A DNA stretch of 64,000 nucleotides from Guillardia theta CCMP2712 (lineage: Eukaryota > Protista > Cryptophyta). Each line of letters begins with the position of its first letter. Position 1 is the first letter of the stretch. Positions 48,250 to 59,784 of the stretch are shown here, piece after piece. Location of the stretch: contig NW_005434663.1 of assembly GCF_000315625.1 (NCBI RefSeq), positions 835,882 to 899,881 on the forward strand, read 5' to 3'. The notes beneath the pieces are model-generated. The model worked only from the letters and a program-made list of their open reading frames with translations. It was not told the origin of the DNA and ran no database searches. A program made the position numbers and the translations under genes.

Positions 48250-50550
48250 ATGTCCTCCCTTCCCAGCATACCTCAGCATCCCCCCGTCCAGCTTGGCTCC
48301 CTCTCCCTCCGGCCCTCTTGTGCGGCCGTTTCAGCTTCTGCTTGCATCGCTCGCTTCCTCCGAGGCCCCGCCTTCCGATTCTCCCTCCCCAGCCTCCTCG
48401 CAAGACTCGCCAGATCGTCCTTGATCGCCGAGTGGCCCGCAGAGGCTCGCTTCTCTGACATGACAGCTCGCTCCCAGAAGAAGTGGGTCATCCGAGACTT
48501 CAAGCGCCTCGTCACCAGCGTCATCTTCCTCATCAAGCGCGCTGTCGTCCGGCGAGGCCTCCGACTGGACAAGGACGAGACGGTAGAGCAGTTCAACGTC
48601 CGAGTCCTCATGGCTGCCTTCCTCGTCGTCAACCGACCCGGCAGCTGCTTCGAGAGCATCGGCCACCTCGAGAAACAAGTGCAGCATGCCGCCGCCGACC
48701 TCGTCACTACCTTGAGGCACATCTGCTCGAGCATTGAGAGCTCTCGCGCTCAGCCTCTGACGCAGCATGATTGGAGCTCGTGGAGGCCCTTCCTCAAGCA
48801 GCTCAACGTCTACCTCGCTCGCTTCAAGGACTGGAAAGTCCCGGACGAGTACAAGCTTACCGAGCGCATCAAGCATGCGCTTCTCGCCCTCTACCGCGCG
48901 GAGTCACACCTCCGCCCTGACGCCCAGGAGTACATGCCTATGAAGGAGGAGTTCCGAGCGCAGAAGGCGAAGCTCCGAGCCAAGTTGCTACAGATCGCAG
49001 GAGCCCAGGTGCTGGAGAGCTTCGACGAGGCGCTGAGACAGCAAGGCTTCACTGCGGTCGACGCGGAGCCGTCGGAGGAGGCAGCATCGTCCTCCTCGCA
49101 AGGGGCCGGGAGCAGCTCAAGGCCAGCAGAGCTACCGTCCTCGACGAATGCGTCCGGGCTGTCTTCGCTGCCCGGCCGGATGACCAACGAGCAGCTGGCG
49201 CATGAGCTGCTGCTGGATCCCGCCTTCAAGCTCGACGAGCAGGGGGCAGGCTACCTCGACAACCCCGTGCTGTCCAAGGTGAGGGAGAGCTTCAAGGTGG
49301 CTTTCTGGGACAGCCTGGTAGACGACCTGAGGCTCATCCCCCCCAGCTACGTGCGAGTGCTCAAGGTGGTAGGGGAGGTGAGGGACGGGATGATCGACCT
49401 ATCGCCTATCCGGAGCAAGGAGCTCAAGGAGAAGATCGACACGGCCTACTGGCAAGAGCAGATCGAGTCAGGGGCGCTGGACTGGTCGTCGTGTGTGTCG
49501 TTGATCGAGGGGATGCTGGGGATCGCGATGGAGATGCAGGAGCCCTCGCGGAAGCAGGAGACGCAGGCAGGCTGGAAGGCTCTCGAGGAGGAGCTCCGAG
49601 CTGGCACGCCGGAGGACCAGCCGACGCTGTTCTGCAAGGCGCTGGAGTATGTGCTGGGGCGGGTGAACGTCATGAGAGTAGACGCGGCCAACGCCCGGCT
49701 ACGGAACATCGCTCACGTCATTCAGAGCCACGGGATCGAGTACGAGCGAGCGCACATGGACAAGAAGATCAAAGCCAACCCAGCCTACCTCCAGCGCACG
49801 CCAGAGTGGATCCGGGCGGTGGTAGAGAAGGAGGTAGGGAGGGGCCGGGCAGACCTGTCGAAGCTCGTCCAGGGCGAGGGGGCGGCGTACGAGCAGATCC
49901 ACACGGCTGCGGTCTTGAGCCTGATCATGGGGAGTGACCCCCTCAAGACCGACGCTTGCCCAGAGACCCTGCAGCTGGACATCAGCAGGCTACGCAAGTA
50001 CCACGCGGACTTCCACTTCGACGTGCTGGCGGCGTGCATGCTGGCGGTGGCGTCGCAGCGACTGATGGCGACGAAGAAGGACCCGAAGGTGACGGAGCTG
50101 CTGGAGCACTTGAAGACGTCGCTCAACAGCTTCGAGGCGTCGCTTGTCGACAAGGAGGAGCGCGTCAAGGCAGCGACGTCGAGCTTCGAGGCCGAGCTGT
50201 CAGCGGCAGAGAAGGAGGTCATCGCCTCTTGCCTGTCGCCCAGCCAGCCGTCAGCGTACTCGAGGGAGATGCTGGAGAGGCTTCTTGAGGTGCCTGCGAT
50301 GGTCTTGGAGAAGAGCTACGGGCCGATGGAGGAGCGATGGCTGCGGCTGGTGTCAGCGGACGGGAGCAAGGTCGAGTCAGATGTGCCGCAGTCGCCGTTT
50401 GTGAGGAACGTGTACGAGCGAGTTGTGAGGAACGCGAGGAGGGTGCGGAAGGTGATCAGCTTGAACCGGAAGGTGCACTACGACAGGTACAACCAGATGA
50501 TCTTGGCGGGGAGCCAGCAGGTAAAGGAGGGGAGGGAGAAGAGACGGTGA
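48250..50550 (+). CDS. T-complex protein 11 (TCP11/SOK1) family protein, intronless
   Basis: MTNEQLAHELLLDPAFKL, AFWDSL..DL..PPSYVRVLKVVGEVRDGM, MRVDAANARL..I..HGIEYERAHM, PETLQLDISRL. Confidence 0.85.
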   Translation: MSSLPSIPQHPPVQLGSLSLRPSCAAVSASACIARFLRGPAFRFSLPSLLARLARSSLIAEWPAEARFSDMTARSQKKWVIRDFKRLVTSVIFLIKRAVVRRGLRLDKDETVEQFNVRVLMAAFLVVNRPGSCFESIGHLEKQVQHAAADLVTTLRHICSSIESSRAQPLTQHDWSSWRPFLKQLNVYLARFKDWKVPDEYKLTERIKHALLALYRAESHLRPDAQEYMPMKEEFRAQKAKLRAKLLQIAGAQVLESFDEALRQQGFTAVDAEPSEEAASSSSQGAGSSSRPAELPSSTNASGLSSLPGRMTNEQLAHELLLDPAFKLDEQGAGYLDNPVLSKVRESFKVAFWDSLVDDLRLIPPSYVRVLKVVGEVRDGMIDLSPIRSKELKEKIDTAYWQEQIESGALDWSSCVSLIEGMLGIAMEMQEPSRKQETQAGWKALEEELRAGTPEDQPTLFCKALEYVLGRVNVMRVDAANARLRNIAHVIQSHGIEYERAHMDKKIKANPAYLQRTPEWIRAVVEKEVGRGRADLSKLVQGEGAAYEQIHTAAVLSLIMGSDPLKTDACPETLQLDISRLRKYHADFHFDVLAACMLAVASQRLMATKKDPKVTELLEHLKTSLNSFEASLVDKEERVKAATSSFEAELSAAEKEVIASCLSPSQPSAYSREMLERLLEVPAMVLEKSYGPMEERWLRLVSADGSKVESDVPQSPFVRNVYERVVRNARRVRKVISLNRKVHYDRYNQMILAGSQQVKEGREKRR

Positions 50551-50932
50551 GTCGGAGAAGGAAGGGAGGAGCTGCTTGCGTGAGAGGGCGTGTGACTTGA
50601 AGGCTTGAAAGAGAGTCAAACTAGATCTCTACTGGTGTTGTAGCCTTTAATCCTAACTAAATGTTTATTTCAAACCTAAACTGGTCCATTATTGGTCCCT
50701 CGTGCTGGTAGTGAAGTCTAGTCTAGTCATCCTGATTCGAATTCGAATTCCAGTCTCTTCAACGTCGAAGCGCACTGCTGCAGGTGCAAGATTCTTCGAG
50801 TCTCTCACTAGTCTTAGAAGCCCATGGCTTGACCCTCAGTCGCTGCCCTCAGACTGATACTCGTTTCTTTCCGCAACCGCAGAGGAAGAAATAGCACGAC
50901 AGAAGAGAGGAGCAAGGGAGGAAGTGGAACAA

Positions 50933-51204
50933 AGAGGGCTGTTGACAGAGAGGGCTGTTGACAGAAAGAGCTGTTGACAGAAAGAGCTGTTGACAGAGAG
51001 GGCTGTTGACAGAGAGGGCTGTTGACAGAGAGGGCTGTTGACAGAAAGAGCTGTTGACAGAGAGGGCTGTTGACAGAGAGGGCTGTTGACAGAGAGGGCT
51101 GTTGACAGAGAGGGCTGTTGACAGAGAGGGCTGTTGACAGAGAGGGCTGTTGCCAGAGAGGGCTGTTGACAGAAAGAGCTGTTGACAGAGAGGGCTGTTG
51201 ACAG
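50933..51204. repeat. 16-bp minisatellite with 17 CTGTTGACAG cores and two unit variants (..AGAGGG / ..AAAGAG)
   Basis: Cores run from 50939 to 51195 at exact 16-bp spacing; one core is CTGTTGCCAG. Confidence 0.95.
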
Positions 51205-51245
51205 CTCTACTTCAGAGTTTCTCTCTTTCTGACTCTTATCTCAGC

Positions 51246-52298
51246 ATGTCAGAGTCGACATCTGCAGAGAAGGAGGCGCCGCTTGATGAGCAGGACCGAG
51301 TGCCGTGCGGTAGCTGCTATGCTCCTCTCCCAAAATCTTCTTCCAGTCGATGCGGCAAATGCCGCAAACGTCATTACTGCAATCGAGAGTGCCAGGTGGA
51401 GGATTGGAAGCTGGGACGGCACAAGACGTGGTGCGGGAAGGCGGGAGAGGTCGGCTATGACTTTCAGGTTGTCGACATTGCTGGCAAAGGCAAGGGAGTC
51501 ATCGCCTTGCGAGGTTTTGCCAAGGCAGAGCGGGTCATGTACGAGCGAAGGATTTTAAGTTGTAGAACATTGTCGGGTATACGGCCTATCGCGAAATCAT
51601 TCAAAAAACTTTCAGAGGCCGAGAAGAACGCAATCTTGGATCTCTTTCCTTCAGAGGCAGATCTCTTCAAGAAGTTTTCGACAAATTCGATGTCTTGTGG
51701 TGAAGAAGACGAGCTTGGAATGGACTCGGGGTTGTTCGTCACTATGTCAAGACTCAATCATAGTTGCCTTTCTAACACGAATCATTGGTACGAGCCATAT
51801 CTCAAGAGCAAGGTCCTCTTTGCTTGCAGGGACATCGCTGAAGGAGAAGAGTTGACCATCGCCTACAGCTCCGAGCCCTCAAACAAGCAATACCTTCTCT
51901 CACACTACGGCTTCGTCTGCACTTGCGAAGCTTGTTCCAACCCTGAAATCGCAGCAAAAGTGAAAGAAATCAAGAGGCTTGATAACGAAATCTTGATACT
52001 CGGGATGCAGATGAATTCGGACATGGCGATTCGCGCAGGAAAGAGGCTGCTCAAGCTGTATGACGAGCTTCACTGGCCAACTCAGAGTTATGTACGCACG
52101 TGCTATGACATCTTTCAGGTTGCAATCATGAAGCGAGCTACCCTCAAGGAAGGCTTGCACTACATGCAGTTGGGTCTGGCAATGGAGCAGAAGCAGTATG
52201 AAGGTCTCAACGAACCGGAGAGGCTCGGCAGCATCGCCAAATATGCCAGTTACTTGAAACACCCCGAGAGCCACAGGAATTACCTCATCGCGCGCTAA
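51246..52298 (+). CDS. MYND zinc finger + SET domain lysine methyltransferase (SMYD/Set5-like), intronless
   Basis: CGSC..RCGKCRKRHYCNRECQVEDWK..HKTWC; GKGKGVIALR; SRLNHSCLSN; RDIAEGEELTIAY; YGFVCTCEAC. Confidence 0.92.
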   Translation: MSESTSAEKEAPLDEQDRVPCGSCYAPLPKSSSSRCGKCRKRHYCNRECQVEDWKLGRHKTWCGKAGEVGYDFQVVDIAGKGKGVIALRGFAKAERVMYERRILSCRTLSGIRPIAKSFKKLSEAEKNAILDLFPSEADLFKKFSTNSMSCGEEDELGMDSGLFVTMSRLNHSCLSNTNHWYEPYLKSKVLFACRDIAEGEELTIAYSSEPSNKQYLLSHYGFVCTCEACSNPEIAAKVKEIKRLDNEILILGMQMNSDMAIRAGKRLLKLYDELHWPTQSYVRTCYDIFQVAIMKRATLKEGLHYMQLGLAMEQKQYEGLNEPERLGSIAKYASYLKHPESHRNYLIAR

Positions 52299-52667
52299 GC
52301 CTGAGTACTATCATCACTAGTAGCCTTGAACTTGAAGCACTGCACCGCCGGGCCGGGCCGGCGGCCGGGCGTGACCAGGCCGCTGAGACCGCCGAGTCAG
52401 CCGTCACAGACTCAGTGACACGCCGTCTGTCGAGTCACGGGCCAGTGCTGCTGCCTCAGTCATGATAGTATCAGTGAACGAGTGCGAAGGTTGGATAGAA
52501 GACTGTCTTTCTATACTACCTTTGGAATGAATGAGGCGGACTTGGGGGAACGGAAGGGAAGGCAGGAAGGACGAAGGGATGATAGGGAAGCGACGAGGCT
52601 GTCATGAGAGTGGGTGAAGTGAGAGGAGGGCACGAAGACAAGAGCCGAGGGAGTTGGAACTGCGACC

Positions 52668-53522
52668 ATGGCGAGTGAGGAGGATGAGTTTCAGATCTTC
52701 TCGGCTTCTCCCCAACGTTGGCGAGCGGCATCGGACAGCCGAGGAGAGGAGACGCTGCAGGAGGAGGGAAGGGGTCTCTGCCTCTCTGACTTGCAGCGAG
52801 AAGCGCATGCAAGCAAGATCGAGAACATCAGGAGGCAGCTAGCCATGTCGCACGTCGCCGTTGTCGGGAAGAAGGTAGGGAGGTCCTCCTCCAGCCGGCC
52901 GACTGGCGATGGGATGGTGGATCTCATCAAGAGGAGGAGCGAGGGAGAGGATGAGAGCGAGAGGTCAAGGGCTACGATGACGAGAAGCCTGATGGAGACG
53001 AGGCCCTCCAAGTCAGCGGAAGTGATGCGGCACTTGCTGTCAAGCCTGGCAGAGAAGGAGAGGTTGTGGGGCGAGGAGCTGATGCGAGGCAGCAAGCTGG
53101 AAGCAGAGAACGCTGAGCTTAGAGCAAAGGTGGAGGCCCTGCAGGAGAAGACGTCGCACTTGCAGCAGCGCATGCAGTCAGATCACGAGTTCTACAACAA
53201 GTCGATCGATGAGATGAACGCGAAGGTGGCGAGGAAAGATGAAGAGCTGTTACAGCTCCACTCCCTCAACCTCTCTCTCGTCGACAAGCTTTCCTGGAGC
53301 AAGACCAAGATCCGCCAGCTGACGCAGAGGAATCGCCTGCTGCAAAAGTTCTCAGCTGCTGACAGCACTAGGAGGAAGAGGCACGAGCGATCGGTAGGAC
53401 AGTCAACGGAGGAGGAGAGCTTTGAGGAGAGCGACACGGACATGGCGGAGGACAACGTCGACAGGAGAAGCTACAACAAGAAGCTGCAGGAGTTGTACGC
53501 GCTCAAGGCGCTGAGGAGGTGA
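52668..53522 (+). CDS. Coiled-coil hypothetical protein
   Basis: 284-aa ORF with heptad-rich EAENAELRAKVEALQEK region. Confidence 0.65.
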   Translation: MASEEDEFQIFSASPQRWRAASDSRGEETLQEEGRGLCLSDLQREAHASKIENIRRQLAMSHVAVVGKKVGRSSSSRPTGDGMVDLIKRRSEGEDESERSRATMTRSLMETRPSKSAEVMRHLLSSLAEKERLWGEELMRGSKLEAENAELRAKVEALQEKTSHLQQRMQSDHEFYNKSIDEMNAKVARKDEELLQLHSLNLSLVDKLSWSKTKIRQLTQRNRLLQKFSAADSTRRKRHERSVGQSTEEESFEESDTDMAEDNVDRRSYNKKLQELYALKALRR

Positions 53523-54282
53523 AGTTGAAACTGTTGAAGAGGAGACGGAAGTGAAGATTGACTTGCGTGGGGATGCAGAGCGATAGAGATGGAGCGGGAG
53601 AACCAGCAGACGACGATCTCTGCCGTAAGACTGTGACGGAGAATGTGCTTACCTCGCTGACGTTGCTTGTTGTTTTCTACCTGTTCAGAACAAAGATGCT
53701 GCGGGCAAACTGTTCTCAAGCAAGACAGCAGCGAGCCAGCTGTCTCTCTATGAGAGGTTGTTGCAGTCAAGGATGAGAGAGAGCAGGGGCCACAAGCAGA
53801 GCCATGAAGATCACCAAGACCCATCGCATGCTCATGGCCCGAAGCTTGAGGGGGAGGAGAGGCAGGCGGAGGAGAGACAAGACGAAGATTGATTCTCTTT
53901 TTACATCTGACAAAAAATAATTGCAGTTGAAACGTACTTGCCGCTGCTCTTTCCTCCTGCTCCCGCTGGCTCCCTTCAACCCCTTCCCTCCTCGTTTCCC
54001 AGTCCTTAGCTCTTATCTTCAAAGGCACCAGGAATTTTGTCTACGTCCTTCGGCGGACCCAGTTGAGAAGTTTCTCGCAAAACGCTACCCGATACCTAAG
54101 GCAGATGTTAAGAGGACACGAAATCAGAAGGGTGGAAAACGAATTTGCAACAAGAAGATGAGTGGGAGGAGGGGAAAGAGAAGAAGAAAGAGTCACCGGG
54201 AAAGGCAAGAGCGAGGAGCAAGGGAAGTGGAAGAAGGGAGGAGCGCAGGAAAGAGGGGAGGAGCAAGAGCAATCCAAGATTG

Positions 54283-56840
54283 TCAGGAGGGATCAAAGAG
54301 AGTGAGAGGATGAGAACGCTTCTGCACCTCGGGATTCTTCTTGACGTCTCGTGCTTGCTGCAGCATGTCTGTCTCCCTCTCGCTCTGTCCCTGTGCCTTC
54401 GGCCTGCCCCTCTCCACCTGCTCAACCTGTGCTGGGGGCATCGGAGCATCTTGCCTGGCACCTCCCTCCTCCGCTACCCAACCCGAGTAACCCTGTCCTG
54501 TCCTACCCGCTGGCTGCGCTGAAGGATCCTTGACCCTCGAGGACGAAAAGTGGGGCTCCGCAGCATGCTCCGGCTGAGCTTCAGGTGGGTTGGGGGCGTG
54601 CTGGGGATTGCTCGGAGGAGGATGCGCCATGTTGGGCAGCGGCATCCTCGTCAGACCCTTGGGCTTCGCAAAAACTCCAGCATTGGGGATCTGCGACGAG
54701 CAGTCAGACTGCAGGGGGGCGCCAGGTTGGAGACGGGGAGGAGTAGGAGGTCGAGAAATATGGAGGATATGAACGAGGAGGAGATGGAGCGAGAGAGAAA
54801 GGGACGGGGAGGGCGAGGAAAGATCAGGATCATGAAGAAATAAGTGATAGAGGAGAAAAAGCTACCATAAAGGTCGGGAGGAGTCTCTTCATAGGCAGCA
54901 AAAACTGGTGGGTGGCCGTCCACACGAAGTCGAGGTATCGCCTCTGCGGGAAGTCGTTGCGATCGAAGCCGAGGGGGTTCCACACTCGGATGTGAATGTG
55001 AAGAAGCCCCTGAAAGAGAAGCTCAGCGGCTGGGCAACGACAGTCAGGCTCCTCACCTCATACGTCAAGTTGATGAAAAAGATCATCAGCATCGCTAGCA
55101 TAAAGTCGATCGGGCGCGACGCCATCCTAAAAGGGTCCGGTTAGCGACGACGTGTGGTCGTCTGCTCTCTACGCACCAGGCAACCTTGAGAGCTGATCCC
55201 CCAACCGCTGCGATGACAAGCAGATAAACTTTGACGAGCACCGTCATCAAATGGACGTCTGTGAAGCAAAGCTGTCGTCAGACAGGTTCTTGACACCGAA
55301 GTGCGAAAGGAGCTGAAGGTTGGATTGAACTTACAGATGTACGGGATTTTGCAGTACAAGTACATGAAAACCTGATGAACAGGTCACCAACCAAGAAAAC
55401 CAAGAATGCTTGCATTACATCTGCCGCCGCTCCCCTCATCTTAGTGATGTTATCCTGGGACAATCATCATTCTCAACAACATTCTCGTCACCACCTGACC
55501 TGCAACTTCCAGAGAGCCTCCGGCCTCGCGCTGTCGATCAAACCCTCGCGTGCGGCTTTCGAGATCAACTCGTCCATCCAGTAGTACACGACGACATAGC
55601 GACTGACCAGCGGAGGGTCGAACGACTTGAGGTCCTGACGGATTTTCGTCCGAGGACGCGCAGCAAGCTGCTGAGAGAAAAATTTCCTTCTCCGCGTCAG
55701 AGAGTCGGACACTCGGACCGGAGAGGATTCTTGTGCCTTGGAGGGTTCGAATAGAACCAGCTCCTCCCTCGTCAGCCACTGTCGCGGTGGGTTGTAGTTG
55801 GTATCCTCGATCAGTTCCGTGAGGTCGTCCTGGTTGTTCGCCTGGCGGTAGATCAAGATGTGCGCCAGGTTGCACCAGCGGATGAGCTGAGCTCGGTACC
55901 AGGCAGCCACTCGCTCAGACTCTGCGTCCCACCCTTTGATGTAGATGGAGATCATCATGGAGATGTCGACTGAGCGACCGATCACGATCCCCAGGCAATC
56001 TCTCGTCTTCCACCATCTGTCTAGCCCGTTGGCATTGAAAAGCGAGAGCAAGAACCCCAGCAGTCCTCCAACAAGTGATAGAGCAAACGTCTGTGGCTTC
56101 AGGATTGGAAGCTTCAGCCTCGGTCCACCTGTCGAGCATGAAATTCCCTGGATCCCCATGGCGTCGATCACAGCCGGCATTGGACCAGCAGCCCAGGCGT
56201 ACAATCCGGCGACAACAAGGAGCCACAGGAACTGCCAGTAGATGAAGGGGATGCTGAAGACTGTTCCCCGCAAGTTGATCATCCATCCCAGCTTCGACAA
56301 GAAGGCTGGATCGTACTCAACTATCTGCCCTTGCCCAGGAACATCGTATCCTATGGAAGATTCGAGCTCCTGGATCTCATCTTCCATCCACCTTGAGACG
56401 AAAGAATTCTGCTTGAAAAAATCTTTGAACATGTCTTTGTTCAACGGATTGTCTCTTGTCTCATGCCCCTGCCCTTGGTATTCGTGTTCTGACCTCTTGG
56501 CATTGTCAGATTGTTCTTCAGTTCCCTTCTCTGCGCTTCCCGGAGGAGCCGCAGAGGCGACTAGTGGTGATCGCCTGCAGTGTAATCGCAAACTACGTCG
56601 ATAGAGAGCAGAGGTCGAGAGAGAAAGAGCACCAAAATCTGATCTTGACCTTCCCCCCTTCATCAGCGTACGAATCCTGCAAGGATTTGACAAAATGAAC
56701 GCGTGGCCTGCAGCAAAAATGCAGCAGTTTAGCAAGCATTTGCTGAGAACGCTCGCTTGCACTGCTGCTACTCTGTAACGACGCCAGGAGCGTCTCAGTT
56801 GGCCTTCCAAAATCTTAGACTCCGGGCATTCTGTCTTCAT
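54283..56840 (-). CDS. Bestrophin-like (YneE/BST type) anion channel with probable plastid leader and disordered C-tail
   Basis: LRGTVFS; LVGGLLGFLLSLFNANGLDRWWKTR..IGRSVDI; spliced GLLHIHIRVWNPLGFDRNDFP (NPFGxDxxDF motif); leader ..CCIFAAGHA-FILS. Confidence 0.85.
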
Positions 56841-59784
56841 TCTCAAGTCTGCTCACGTCCGACTGAATTCTTTCGCTGTTCAGTTGGACAGAACTCTCCT
56901 CAGTCAATCAGCTGAAGTCATCCTTGAAGCTAAGAGAACCAGAGCAATCGATCTATCACATCCTCATTCTCATGCACCACTGAGAAGCTCAAATAGAAGG
57001 TTGCTTTCACCACCTTCAACGTACCATCTTGCAAAATAATGCAGGAGAAGGAAAGCTGTTCCAGTAGCCTGCGAGCAGGAAAGTCAGAGGTGACCATCTC
57101 GTTGAATTTCAGTCTCCCTTCCGAAAGGACCCCGAGACTCGAGATGCAACATCTAGGCTTCTGCATCCTTTCTAGGACACCCCTCACTGATAGGATTAGA
57201 CCTTCTACAAGGACGCAAACTTCAATATTTCTACATCAGACGATGATTCTTGTACCAGGGAACTTGCTTAGATCACGCTTCAATTATGTATTCCTGAACC
57301 ATTCGATTATGGCCATATCCTGGTCCCGTTGATACCTGACAGCCTCCTATCCGTCTACTTTACTACTATCAATCAAACGGGATCTACTACTTGCAAAGCT
57401 GTTGCAGACAGGTGAATGCTCAGAGTATCATTTTCAGCATACTAACTATTGGCACAATCATTAGTTTGAAGAGCCGAATCTATCCATGATCCTCGCTCGG
57501 ACCTTGCTGCTTGTTATTCCTTTCATATTCACCTAACTAGTCCTAACAGGTCGCGTCACGTCTGCTCTTCCACTTCTAACCTAAACCCCTCTACTCTCTC
57601 CATCTGCACATTCCCCTTCTTGATCCTTCTTGATCCGTCCCCTGCTGCCTTCCCCCTCCTCGTCCTCCCCCGCCATGTTTCTCGCCCTCCCTTGTATCTC
57701 CTCAGTCCACCATGGTGCTCCCGCCTCCACTCCAAACTCAACTCATCCACCCCCCACCCCTGTCTACATCTTTACCCCACCCCTCAGTTGGGACCAAAGT
57801 TACCGGTCCTGTACCACACGGAGCAATCATACCGCAAAGTACCCACCCAAATGCACATACACCCCTTGCTTCTACGGATGACCGGTACAGTCTTCTCACA
57901 TACCCCTCATAGACATCTTATGAACCCTACCCTTGCATACTTGAATCAGCCAAGTCTCTCTCGTTTCGACTGCTTGTACCACCTACACCCCTACAATGTG
58001 AAAGAGACCCCACCCATTTCAACTATTACCCCTCATCGCCATTACCCACCTTACCTCTGATTCAGTACCCACCTTCAATCCTTCTCCCTATACAGAGGGG
58101 TACCTTTACCACCCTACGCCCTCTTCGGGTATTGACCCCCACCCCCCAATAGAAATTTCTACAAGGAACTTGGGGAATTCATGGGGTACGTTCAAGGGGG
58201 GGTGATGACCCTCAACCCAACTTTGGAACATACAAAGGAAGGGTCCTTCATGACCCCTGCTTTTACCACAACTGGACCGGTAGTCCCGTTTACCTCCACC
58301 CGCCCACACCTAAAACTACCCGCTGCAACACTGGTACCCCCCAGTATCATTCTTTCTTCTAGTCGCAGGTACCGGTACACCCAGACCCTTCATAATTCCT
58401 CCACTCTCGAACACACTTTACTCAAAGTTAAGTTAAAAATCAGTACGAGGACAATCAGGAGAGTCGAGGAGGCTTGACCCTGACACTGTCGCACAGGCCA
58501 AACGGCGAGAAGGGAAAAGACAGCGAGAACCACGAACCATACCGATTTTAATAACTCAACTACCGCACTTTGGTCGTACAGAGTGCTTTACTCAATTTGG
58601 CAAAGTTTAAGTTAAAAAATCAGTACGAGGGCGTATACTACAATTTGCTGAGTAACTACTTTTCAAAAAAGGCCGGGCTCAGGGCCTCAGCTCAGTCCGT
58701 CACTGCCGGAGTCAGACGGTGGCAGGGGGCCTGAACCCGGTTCGGAATGCCCGGGCCCGGCGGCCCTCTGGCCGGGCAGTCACGGCCGGGCGGCCGCGGC
58801 GGGCCCGGCGCCCTTGAAGTCCCACGGTCCAGGCCATCGGTCCTCCCGCCGGAGTCCTGGTTCCTACTGCCCGGGCCTCCGATGCTAGGCCCCCGGCCGC
58901 GGCGGCCGGGCCCGGCGGCCGGGCCCCTCCCAAGGCAGACGGTGCCACCGCGGCCGTGACGCCGGTGAACTCGGAAGGTCAAGTGCACCAGGTGACCCTA
59001 CCCCACCCCCACCCCCGGCCTGGGTGAAGGCTCATGTCATACTAGGCTACGGGTGGTTAGGTGGCCGAGCCAGGCCTCTTATAGGATGACAACTTGAGGG
59101 GGGTGGGGTCCTCAAAGATTGCTCGCCCCCGGTAGGGTCCTGAGAGTTACCGGGGGCCGGGGGTGGGTAAGGGGGTTCACAAAAAAAGAGTGAAGCATGG
59201 GAAGCAAGGGGTCATATCAAAGGTTGGCCGGGCTCCAGGGTCAACCGATGGGGTGGGTACAGTGCGAGGGTGTGGTAAAGGAGGGGGTGGTTCCATAGAT
59301 TTTGAAGTTTGTGACGTATACGGGGGGTGGTAGGACGATGTATACCCACCCTACCCACCCCATACCCTTGATTTGTATCAGGGGGTCACTTATTGTTTCA
59401 TAGATCACCACCCGTCCGTTTCACCATGAAAAAGGACCCTCACACCCCCTGGTCGGACCCCTGCCCCTGCCCCTGCCCCACCCCTACATTCCATTGTCTC
59501 GACGCCCTTCATGTTTAGTATGGCGGCGGCAAGCGTTTTGCGCGCCTTCCCCTCCCCATCCTCCTTTCTGACCGTCCCATCGCCTTCCTGAAACTTCCTC
59601 TCTTGGCCCGACGATTAGCTTGCAGCGGCTCCCTGAACCAGCTTGTCAACTCTCACAAACTGTTGCCTTGTCACTCCTTCACACCATAGCATTTCAGATG
59701 ATAATTCCGTCATGAAATCTCTGGTGTACTTCGACTTCCCCTCCTTCTCGTTCTTGAACTAGGCTTTCATCCATTCCAGATCGG

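Noticed and set aside
50933-51204. CRISPR-like array
   Set aside because: Units are contiguous 16-mers with no unique spacers; eukaryotic context and no cas genes
53535-53835. Possible tiny secreted-peptide gene (MRWVLVIFMALL...) on the minus strand
   Set aside because: Signal-like start, but a confident spliced model could not be built
58692-58988. G/P/R-rich ORFs on both strands
   Set aside because: Arise from stop-poor palindromic GC sequence
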